The position numbers and the translations under genes are program-made. The notes below the pieces were generated by a model. It was given only the letters and a program-made list of their open reading frames with translations. It made no database searches and was not told the DNA's origin. From a virus (taxonomy: Duplodnaviria > Caudoviricetes), in IMG/VR virus record IMGVR_UViG_3300012983_000034, positions 32,001 through 96,000 of that record: a stretch of 64,000 nt of DNA. One strand, written 5' to 3'. Positions 29,589 through 36,733 of this stretch are shown here, piece by piece. The first letter of the stretch is position 1, and the number at the start of each line of letters is the position of its first letter.

Positions 29589-30095
29589 TTAATAGTCTTC
29601 TGATTCAAACGGGATTTCTGTAGAATAAAAATCATTGGACACAGTAACCTCATACATTTCATCACCGCTCCATCTGCGCACATTAATATAGAAATTACCA
29701 GTAATATGACCACCATAGGAATACTCTTCTTTGTTCGTTCTAAAATAATCAATTGCTTTTAAAATGTATTCTCTAATCATTTCATTATTGCAACAATCAA
29801 CAGCGCCAGTTTCTGTGGAAAAGCGCCAAAAATGAACTGGAAATTCAACATTGTTTGCCGTTAATGCAATATTGTTTTCATTATCTTCAAGCATATTATC
29901 GTGTTTACACAACGGACAGTCAACAAATACACATCCAAGAACGCCAATTCTTATATCTGATTTTTCATATTCCAATTCAGAACCACATTTTTCGCAAATT
30001 AATTTGCGAGGATACGGTTTTTCTTGCTTAATATCTTCTTCCTTGATATGTTCTTCAATATTTGTTTCTTGATAATTATTTTTTAATACCTTCAT
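29589..30095 (-). CDS. Zinc-ribbon hypothetical protein
   Basis: CEKCGS...CPLC; AAGGAGG RBS. Confidence 0.55.
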   Translation of the reverse strand: MKVLKNNYQETNIEEHIKEEDIKQEKPYPRKLICEKCGSELEYEKSDIRIGVLGCVFVDCPLCKHDNMLEDNENNIALTANNVEFPVHFWRFSTETGAVDCCNNEMIREYILKAIDYFRTNKEEYSYGGHITGNFYINVRRWSGDEMYEVTVSNDFYSTEIPFESEDY

Positions 30096-30106
30096 TTTTA
30101 CCCTCC

Positions 30107-30400
30107 TTATTTATTTTCTTCCCACGAAATCATTACATTATTGCTAAATTCAATTTCGTTATTTAAAACCTTTTCTCTTTGTTCAAAGTTGTCCCAGATA
30201 GTCTCTGGTCGAATCATTTTTATTTTTATAGGTCTTTTATCGTTTTGAATTTGTTGAACGGTTTGAAGAAAGTTGGCAATTAACATTTCTTTTGGTGCTT
30301 GCATTGTTTGTTTATTTGTCAATTTGTCTTCTATATAAACTTCAAATGTAACTTCAAACGGCTCAAATATATCGCCAAAATTTATAAATATATTAATCAC
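30107..30400 (-). CDS. Hypothetical protein
   Basis: ORF downstream of TAAAA-N6-TTTTA site and SD. Confidence 0.5.
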   Translation of the reverse strand: MINIFINFGDIFEPFEVTFEVYIEDKLTNKQTMQAPKEMLIANFLQTVQQIQNDKRPIKIKMIRPETIWDNFEQREKVLNNEIEFSNNVMISWEENK

Positions 30401-30405
30401 CTACT

Positions 30406-30421
30406 TAAAATATGGATTTTA
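30406..30421. repeat. TAAAA-N6-TTTTA junction site
   Basis: taaaa-tatgga-tttta, abutting the tRNA-Gln CCA end. Confidence 0.7.
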
Positions 30422-30497
30422 TGGCTGCCCCTATTGGATTCGAACCAATGATGCAGGAGTCAAAGTCCTGTGCCTTAACCAGCTTGGCGAAGGGGCA
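30422..30497 (-). tRNA. tRNA-Gln(TTG)
   Basis: Cloverleaf; CAGGA-ctTTGac-TCCTG; TTCGAAT loop; CCA. Confidence 0.92.
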
Positions 30498-30502
30498 ATA
30501 TA

Positions 30503-30577
30503 TGGTGACGCATACGAGAATCGAACTCGTGTTACCGCCTTGAAGGGGCGGTGTCTTAACCGCTTGACCAATGCGCC
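30503..30577 (-). tRNA. tRNA-Glu(TTC) with C at position 33
   Basis: CCGCC-ccTTCaa-GGCGG; CCA. Confidence 0.85.
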
Positions 30578-30581
30578 ATAT

Positions 30582-30658
30582 TGGTATGCCTGAGAGGATT
30601 CGAACCTCCGACCCATTGATTAAAAGTCAATTGCTCTGACCAACTGAGCTACAAGCAC
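30582..30658 (-). tRNA. tRNA-Lys(TTT)
   Basis: ATTGA-ctTTTaa-TCAAT; CCA. Confidence 0.92.
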
Positions 30659-30662
30659 ATAT

Positions 30663-30750
30663 TGGTGCAAGGCATTTCCTCCTTGCCAGAGAGCTTTTCA
30701 TCTCTTATATATCCCCAAAAATATATAGCCTTTTGAAACGAGGATGCGCC
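30663..30750 (-). ncRNA. tRNA-sized multi-hairpin element ending in ACCA (non-canonical)
   Basis: Four consecutive hairpins; occupies a slot in the tRNA array; lacks TTC T-loop and GG D-loop. Confidence 0.4.
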
Positions 30751-30759
30751 CAAGTGGGC

Positions 30760-30836
30760 TGGTCTGGACAACAGGATTTGAACCTGCGGCATCTACATCC
30801 CAAATGTAGCGCTCTACCAAACTGAGCTATGTCCAG
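30760..30836 (-). tRNA. tRNA-Pro(TGG)
   Basis: CTACA-ttTGGga-TGTAG; CCA. Confidence 0.92.
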
Positions 30837-30839
30837 ATG

Positions 30840-30915
30840 TGGAGCTAGATAAGGGACTCGAACCCTTAACATCTTGATTACAAATCAAGCCCTCTACCAA
30901 TTGAGATAATCTAGC
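30840..30915 (-). tRNA. tRNA-Thr(TGT)
   Basis: CTTGA-ttTGTaa-TCAAG; CCA. Confidence 0.92.
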
Positions 30916-30919
30916 ATAT

Positions 30920-31013
30920 TGGCGCAGAGGGTGGGATTCGAACCCACGTGCCAGCTCATCACTGACAAACTGTTTTCAAGACAGCCTCGTTATGACCGCT
31001 TCGATACCTCTGC
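30920..31013 (-). tRNA. tRNA-Ser(TGA)
   Basis: CTGT-ctTGAaa-ACAG; long variable arm; G discriminator; CCA. Confidence 0.9.
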
Positions 31014-31051
31014 ATAGTAAGTGAGTATTTGCCCTCACTAACGGCATTTAA

Positions 31052-31177
31052 TTAGCCTTTGAGCTTTCTAATTCTTCGTTCGAGCTTACGAACGATTCTA
31101 CCATTCTCTCTACCTCTCTCCTTGAGAAGAGCAATTCTACACTCACACTTCAAAATTTCAAGTTCAACTGCACTCAT
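31052..31177 (-). CDS. 41-aa basic helical protein inside the tRNA operon (not in ORF track)
   Basis: MSAVELEILKCECRIALLKERGRENGRIVRKLERRIRKLKG; AAGGAG RBS. Confidence 0.6.
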   Translation of the reverse strand: MSAVELEILKCECRIALLKERGRENGRIVRKLERRIRKLKG

Positions 31178-31213
31178 TTGTATTTCTCCTTTGTTTGTTT
31201 TGAATTTATAATA

Positions 31214-31290
31214 TGGTGGGTCTTCAGGGACTTGAACCCTAAACCTGCTGGTTATGAGCCAGATGCTCTGACCAATTGAGCTAAAGACCC
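31214..31290 (-). tRNA. tRNA with CAT anticodon, probably Ile2 (lysidine) rather than Met
   Basis: GGGTCTTTAGCTCA start; CTGG-ctCATaa-CCAG; resembles Bacillota tRNA-Ile2. Confidence 0.8.
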
Positions 31291-31327
31291 ATATTCAATC
31301 CAGCAACTTAATGCTGGATTGTTTTTA

Positions 31328-31346
31328 TATAACCTTATTAGTTATA
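31328..31346. promoter_or_regulatory. TATAAC-N7-GTTATA candidate operator (family B)
   Basis: tataac-cttatta-gttata; related copies start at 24344, 38909, 44441, 56079, 57296, 61010. Confidence 0.6.
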
Positions 31347-31385
31347 CAAAGTTTGTTTTGTCGCTTTCTTCCCTCGACAGTGTGT

Positions 31386-31414
31386 ATTATACCACACTTA
31401 AAAGGTTTTGTCAA
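31386..31414 (-). promoter_or_regulatory. Consensus SigA promoter of tRNA operon
   Basis: TTGACA-17-TATAAT, extended TG, A-rich UP element. Confidence 0.85.
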
Positions 31415-31437
31415 TAGTTTTTTTGAAATTTTTTAAT

Positions 31438-32019
31438 TTATTTTTCATTCATTACAATTATCTCTTTTAGTGTTCTTGGAGTCCAATCTAATATTGCGGC
31501 TCCAACATTGTATGCAACTGCTGTCGGACAATCGGTGTATCCCTTTAATTCTCTGTCTTTAAAAAATTCATTTAAATACTCCAAAGAATGTTTATATACA
31601 TCCCATTCGTTGCTTGCGTGAACGTGACCATACAAATGAATCCATCCTTTATGTTGATTGTTCCACATTAAAATAGGATAGTGACACAAAACAAGGTTAT
31701 GATTAAGACCGTTATAATTGTCTGTAATTTCTTTATAAGGAACAACTTCTACAAACAATTGTCTTAACCTATTATCTTTTAACTTCTCGTGGTTTCCTTG
31801 AATTAAATGTTTATTTCCTTTAAGAGTAGAAATAATTTCGCAAAGATATTCATTATCTTTATTGCTGCCTTCTCTGCCAATATCGCCAAGGATATACACA
31901 TTATCGTTATTATGAATTTTGCTGTTCCAATTTTCTTTTATTATTTTATCGTGTTCTAATGTACGACCTTCATATATGTTTTGACAGCCTAAGTGCATAT
32001 CTGATATAAAATAATTCAT
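31438..32019 (-). CDS. Calcineurin-like metallophosphoesterase
   Basis: SDMH, LGD, GNH, HYP, GHVH motifs. Confidence 0.85.
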   Translation of the reverse strand: MNYFISDMHLGCQNIYEGRTLEHDKIIKENWNSKIHNNDNVYILGDIGREGSNKDNEYLCEIISTLKGNKHLIQGNHEKLKDNRLRQLFVEVVPYKEITDNYNGLNHNLVLCHYPILMWNNQHKGWIHLYGHVHASNEWDVYKHSLEYLNEFFKDRELKGYTDCPTAVAYNVGAAILDWTPRTLKEIIVMNEK

Positions 32020-32046
32020 TATTTACCTTCTTTATTTGCTTTCTAT

Positions 32047-32244
32047 TCATGGTGCAATACCAACATCCCATTCCCAATAATCTTCGCCATCAGGAGTTTC
32101 ATAGGACTTTATCCATTCTTTATACTTTTCTTTGCCAAGCAAAGCACGAACCATTTGGTCAATTACCCACATTTTATGATGATTACCATCAATCTGACCA
32201 CAAGACCAAGCATAACTTAATGCCTTTTTGATTCTCTCTTCCAT
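32047..32244 (-). CDS. Hypothetical phage protein
   Basis: GQIDGxHHKxWVIDQM...WDVGIAP; follows junction site 32259. Confidence 0.6.
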   Translation of the reverse strand: MEERIKKALSYAWSCGQIDGNHHKMWVIDQMVRALLGKEKYKEWIKSYETPDGEDYWEWDVGIAP

Positions 32245-32258
32245 AGTTTATTTCCTTA

Positions 32259-32528
32259 TAAAATTATCTTTTTAAATGCTAAGTGACAATGATTTCTTTT
32301 CGCCACACTTAAAACAAGTATAATAATTAATAACATCGTTCGATGTAACGGTGCTTCCAGTTAGCTCCCATTCGTGTTCGCATTCTTTCTGTTTCTCATT
32401 TTCTTCTTTTTCTTGAATATAAATTTCTAACAAGACTGCTTCACACATCCTATCGTATTTGTCGCACCAATTACACGGCAATCTATACTTACAATCTTTC
32501 ATTCTTACCTCTTAAAATCTCAGTTTTA
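32259..32528. repeat. Two TAAAA-N6-TTTTA sites (32259-32274, 32513-32528) bracketing one gene
   Basis: Spacers ttatct and tctcag; each overlaps the upstream TAA stop. Confidence 0.8.
32272..32502 (-). CDS. Small Cys-rich protein
   Basis: CKYRLPCNWC...CEHEW...CFKCG. Confidence 0.55.
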   Translation of the reverse strand: MKDCKYRLPCNWCDKYDRMCEAVLLEIYIQEKEENEKQKECEHEWELTGSTVTSNDVINYYTCFKCGEKKSLSLSI

Positions 32529-32978
32529 ATTGTTGGTACTACCAAACCCACCAACTCTAACAGCATCAGTGTTGCCATTATCTGCAACTAAGAAATTAAA
32601 GAATGCTCCTTGCGCAATTCTTTCGCCCTTCTTAATGAATTGTACATCGCTACTAATATTCTTTAAGAAAACGCCGATATTTCCATCATTACCCTCGTTA
32701 GAATAGTAATCTGCATCAATCCAGCCAGAAGTATTTGCAAGCATAAACTTACCACCCATAGAGCTGCGAACATTAATAATAAGACATTCATTATCTTGCA
32801 TATATGCTTTTACATCAGTCCATACTTTTGCAATGGAGTTCGGTTCAATTATATAATCATCATTTGCATAGAAATCATATGCCATTGCAGTACTAGAACC
32901 TCTGGTGGGCAATATAACTTCACCTTTGGTTTTTCTCTTATCATCAACTACAACTTCAAACCCTCTAATCTTATTCAT
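32526..32978 (-). CDS. dut: Trimeric dUTPase
   Basis: AYDF, VRSS, GWIDADY, RIAQG, RVGGFGST motifs. Confidence 0.92.
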   Translation of the reverse strand: MNKIRGFEVVVDDKRKTKGEVILPTRGSSTAMAYDFYANDDYIIEPNSIAKVWTDVKAYMQDNECLIINVRSSMGGKFMLANTSGWIDADYYSNEGNDGNIGVFLKNISSDVQFIKKGERIAQGAFFNFLVADNGNTDAVRVGGFGSTNN

Positions 32979-33020
32979 TTAATATCTCTCCCAATATAAT
33001 TTTAATTGTATAAAACTTAA

Positions 33021-33866
33021 TTAAACCTTTTTAATATCAACAACGTATCCTTTATATTTGCTTAACACAGCCATATTGCCCATCTTCCTTGCCGTAGAAT
33101 TTAATTTTGCAATATCAACAATAAACTCACACCGACAACCATTTGCTTTGCCAGTTTTATTTGCCGCATCAGTATGTCTATTAGATTTAATATCGCCAAC
33201 TACAACTTTAAAACTATTTCCGTTTGCACAAGTTACAATAGCAGTCTCTCCAACTGAAATTCCCCATCCAGTTCCAATCGCCACCATTGGGATTCCATTA
33301 ATACATCTAACACCGTCAGAATCGGTTGTGGCTTGTTGTTGCAGCTTCCACTGCTTACTTGATTTACTTGTTATTGCCTTATAAGACATGTAAGTTTTAA
33401 AGTCTCTAGGCGTTGTAGTTGTGGTTGTAGTTGTAGTTGTAGTTGTAGTTGTATTATTAGTATTGTTCGTTGTATTGCTATCGGTCTTATTCGTAGTTGT
33501 GCTATTAGTCTTTTTTGATTTTGTAGTCGTATTCGACTTATTCAATTTAACAATCTTCTCTTCAAGCTCTTTAACCTTTGAAGTCAATTCTTGAACCTGA
33601 ATATTCATAGCGTCATTATCTTGTTGCAATTTTTTACCTGCGTCTTCAAGTTTGACAATATTAGCATTTAAATTTTTATTGTCATTTTTTAATTTTTCAA
33701 TATTATTTTTTTGCGCTGCAATTGTTGCTTCCAATCTATTATTTAATGCATTATATTCTGAGTTTTTATATGCAAGATTTGCAACAACAAAAAGCATAAC
33801 AAATAATAGAATAATAATTACAACATTAATAATCTTTTTAGTACAATAGTTTGTTTTAAAATTCAT
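33021..33866 (-). CDS. Membrane-anchored/secreted coiled-coil protein with Thr linker and 3D/DPBB-like C-terminal domain
   Basis: N-terminal TM, coiled coil, poly-Thr (GTTGTA)n, VAIGT...VVVGD. Confidence 0.5.
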   Translation of the reverse strand: MNFKTNYCTKKIINVVIIILLFVMLFVVANLAYKNSEYNALNNRLEATIAAQKNNIEKLKNDNKNLNANIVKLEDAGKKLQQDNDAMNIQVQELTSKVKELEEKIVKLNKSNTTTKSKKTNSTTTNKTDSNTTNNTNNTTTTTTTTTTTTTTPRDFKTYMSYKAITSKSSKQWKLQQQATTDSDGVRCINGIPMVAIGTGWGISVGETAIVTCANGNSFKVVVGDIKSNRHTDAANKTGKANGCRCEFIVDIAKLNSTARKMGNMAVLSKYKGYVVDIKKV

Positions 33867-33886
33867 ATTTTCACCTCTTATACTTT

Positions 33887-34090
33887 CTATTCAACTATTA
33901 AATTATATAATTCACAATGACACATTCCTGCTCTACCTTCACTAATTTGGTCTCTAAAATCTTTGCACATACACATATTGTCGTCATTAAATGTTATGGC
34001 ACAAGCACAATGTCCATTGTTTTCTTTGATTTTTTCACGAACTTCTTTTGCAAAGTTTTTATCTGGATTTGTTACTATCTTAATCATCAA
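33887..34090 (-). CDS. Ferredoxin:thioredoxin reductase catalytic-subunit-like protein
   Basis: CAC...CMC...CHCELY, matching CPC/CPC/CHC spacing. Confidence 0.65.
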   Translation of the reverse strand: MMIKIVTNPDKNFAKEVREKIKENNGHCACAITFNDDNMCMCKDFRDQISEGRAGMCHCELYNLIVE

Positions 34091-34563
34091 CTAATCCTCT
34101 CTGCGTATTGATTGTCGCTGGCTAAGAATATCCCCAGCGTTTCGTCATAATGAGACTTTTGATTCGGAATAAATCTACCAAACTTAATAATGATATTGTT
34201 ATAATTTTGTCTCAAATATTCTACATTATCGCTTATTTCTGCTTCGTACCATCCAGTATAAATAACAATGTCGTCTTGTGTATGTTGTCTAAAAGTATGT
34301 ATTAGCATACATAAGTCTTCCCATCTATCGAATGGTTCTAAGCCCCCTATGACAACTGCGTTTGTTATATTATTTTTTAGATACCTATTCACAATTGACT
34401 CGTAAGTTATATCAATTGGTTTGGATGTGGCAAGAGGCTTGTTTTGACACATCTTCTTGCCACACTCCATTTCGCATTTCCAAGTGCAAGTTGGAAACCC
34501 TATAAACATTGAAGCTTTTTTATAATTTGTAAAATCTTCATCAATTAATTGTTTTATAATCAT
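34087..34563 (-). CDS. nrdG: Anaerobic RNR activase
   Basis: CTWKC..C, GGLEP, IYTG, SDNQ; next to nrdD. Confidence 0.85.
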   Translation of the reverse strand: MIIKQLIDEDFTNYKKASMFIGFPTCTWKCEMECGKKMCQNKPLATSKPIDITYESIVNRYLKNNITNAVVIGGLEPFDRWEDLCMLIHTFRQHTQDDIVIYTGWYEAEISDNVEYLRQNYNNIIIKFGRFIPNQKSHYDETLGIFLASDNQYAERIS

Positions 34564-36504
34564 TTAATCACTCATCACAGAAGTTTCGCCATACATTACA
34601 CCAGTGTCATACCACTGTCTTGCTGAAAATTCTTTATATCTTTCTTTGCTATAAGACTTAGAAGGTGTTAAAAATCCTACTACTCTCTGATATGTATCAG
34701 ACTTCTCTTCTCCGCATTCTGGGCAAATATCAGTTCCTACAAAACCGTGATGATTTTTGCATACATTAATCTTTGTATTGTAGCAGAAATAAATAACGCC
34801 TTGGCTTGCAATATAATTTAACATCTCCCAAGCCATATCAGTATTGGGGAAATTATTGTCAATATTAATATGAGCAATGGCACCGCCAGAACACTTGTTA
34901 TCAAGAATTGCGCTAGTTCTAATCTTTTCGTTGATTGTACATTTTTCAGTAAGAGGTATCCACTGATTACTATAAATAAAGTCATCGCTCTTGCCGAACA
35001 TTACATTATCTTTCGCACAAAGATTTACCGCTGCTCTTTCAGCAGGTACACTCTCGATGTTAAAAGAGTATTCGTCTGTAAAGTTGTCTTTAATGTCGTT
35101 TAAAACATTAAAAATCTTTTCTGAAAATTCAATAGCCTTATCAGTATAGAACTTATTACCAAATTCGTCAGTTGTAATATATCCAAACTTATCCATTACC
35201 TCGTATAATCCAAGGATTCCAACGGTACAATACTGCTTGTCCATTTCGATTCCGCCATTATCATAGTTAGGCAAAAGACCCTTTTCAATATTTCTCTTAA
35301 TAATATGTCTAACTCTGTCAAGTGTTTTACAGCACAAAGTAGTTCTCTTTTTAAGAATATTAAGATACTTCTTTTCGCTAATCTCTTCTTCAATTTCATA
35401 GAAGATGTGTACAAGATTAATGGTATTTACCTTTACAGAGCCAATACTCAGAGCTGTTCCACCGATACTATTAATAAATCCCTTAAGTTTTGTTGTATCA
35501 GATAAAAGTCTACAACAATTACTCAGAGTTGTTACATCTCCACTTACAAAGAAGTTGCTGTCATTCCACTTGCAGTTATGGTCTGAGCACCATCTTGCAA
35601 AGTCTTCATCAACAAATTTGCCATCTTTATATAACAGACTATAAGTTAATACAGGAAAGGTAAACATGTTCTCTTGTCTGATTTCAGAAACAACTTCCAT
35701 AAATATCTTTTGATGTTCAATAAACTCATCTACATAGTCAATGGCAAATGTACCATCAGGAAATTCAAGACCGCCAAAAAGAGCTTCATAATACTCTCTG
35801 TCAAAGATAGAAACATTTACAAAAGCGCTTTGGTCAATTCTCATAAAAGGCTGATTTAATCTATAAATCAACTTTTGAAAAGACTGTCTAATGTAATAAT
35901 CAGGATTATTAATGATATATCCAGTCTCACAATCTCTCTTCCAGAAATAATATGTCCAAACAAGGATATTGGGAATGCCAACCGCTCCAGAAGACCTGTT
36001 GCTCATAAAACTAATAAACTCAATAACATCGTCTACAAATGTTGTAAGATGTTTAGGAGGCTGAGAATTATAATTCTTCAAAAAGAACAAACCTTCTCTT
36101 GCAAGTCTTCCAAGGTCATATGCATAGCAGTAAGGAACATATGTAGTAGACGGAAAGTCGTGAAGATAAAAGCCACCAGTATATTCTGTTTCAAGCCATT
36201 CTTTTGCCGTCTTTAAACCATATTTCTTTTTAATTTCATAAAAAATCTTATTTGCAGCAATTACCTTATCAATAGACTTACCCTTCTCGCTACGAAAAGA
36301 TGCAATATCCTTATTTGATGCATTTGCATTTGCATCAATTGTTACATCTGCAACGTTCTTATCTACGAAAGCATCTATAAAATCTGAAAAATTCATTTGA
36401 GAATCGTGAATACCATTTAGAATCTCAAAATCTTCACCATATTTTTCTCTTAGCGAATTCAACGCTCTTTCAAAATCTTTATTAAATTTGAGTTCAACAT
36501 TCAT
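34564..36504 (-). CDS. nrdD: Class III anaerobic ribonucleotide reductase
   Basis: YLHD, YCY, SNCCRL, PAE, CxxH/CPECG, RVVGFL glycyl-radical motif. Confidence 0.92.
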   Translation of the reverse strand: MNVELKFNKDFERALNSLREKYGEDFEILNGIHDSQMNFSDFIDAFVDKNVADVTIDANANASNKDIASFRSEKGKSIDKVIAANKIFYEIKKKYGLKTAKEWLETEYTGGFYLHDFPSTTYVPYCYAYDLGRLAREGLFFLKNYNSQPPKHLTTFVDDVIEFISFMSNRSSGAVGIPNILVWTYYFWKRDCETGYIINNPDYYIRQSFQKLIYRLNQPFMRIDQSAFVNVSIFDREYYEALFGGLEFPDGTFAIDYVDEFIEHQKIFMEVVSEIRQENMFTFPVLTYSLLYKDGKFVDEDFARWCSDHNCKWNDSNFFVSGDVTTLSNCCRLLSDTTKLKGFINSIGGTALSIGSVKVNTINLVHIFYEIEEEISEKKYLNILKKRTTLCCKTLDRVRHIIKRNIEKGLLPNYDNGGIEMDKQYCTVGILGLYEVMDKFGYITTDEFGNKFYTDKAIEFSEKIFNVLNDIKDNFTDEYSFNIESVPAERAAVNLCAKDNVMFGKSDDFIYSNQWIPLTEKCTINEKIRTSAILDNKCSGGAIAHINIDNNFPNTDMAWEMLNYIASQGVIYFCYNTKINVCKNHHGFVGTDICPECGEEKSDTYQRVVGFLTPSKSYSKERYKEFSARQWYDTGVMYGETSVMSD

Positions 36505-36507
36505 ATT

Positions 36508-36708
36508 TTACTGCTCCTTAATCCAATTAACTGCGTCCTTAAAATTATAAACAACACCGTCTACTTCAAGTACTGGAGCTGCCTTAAACCCCTTTTGAGT
36601 CATCAATTCTACATCGTTGATTTCTTCAAAACTAATATTCTTTTGATTTAACTTTGTTTTGAGAACCTTACACATCGGACAGTTTGTACTATAAAATACA
36701 ATATTCAT
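36508..36708 (-). CDS. Glutaredoxin/NrdH-like redoxin
   Basis: YSTNCPMC, APVL. Confidence 0.8.
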   Translation of the reverse strand: MNIVFYSTNCPMCKVLKTKLNQKNISFEEINDVELMTQKGFKAAPVLEVDGVVYNFKDAVNWIKEQ

Positions 36709-36733
36709 AATTATATTTCCTCCTATATATTTA

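Noticed and set aside
30431-30616. 61-aa ORF in the track
   Set aside because: Overlaps three tRNA genes on the same strand.
30920-31013. Possible suppressor/Sec tRNA or stop-codon recoding
   Set aside because: Anticodon TGA reads UCA (Ser); known genes are full length in the standard code.
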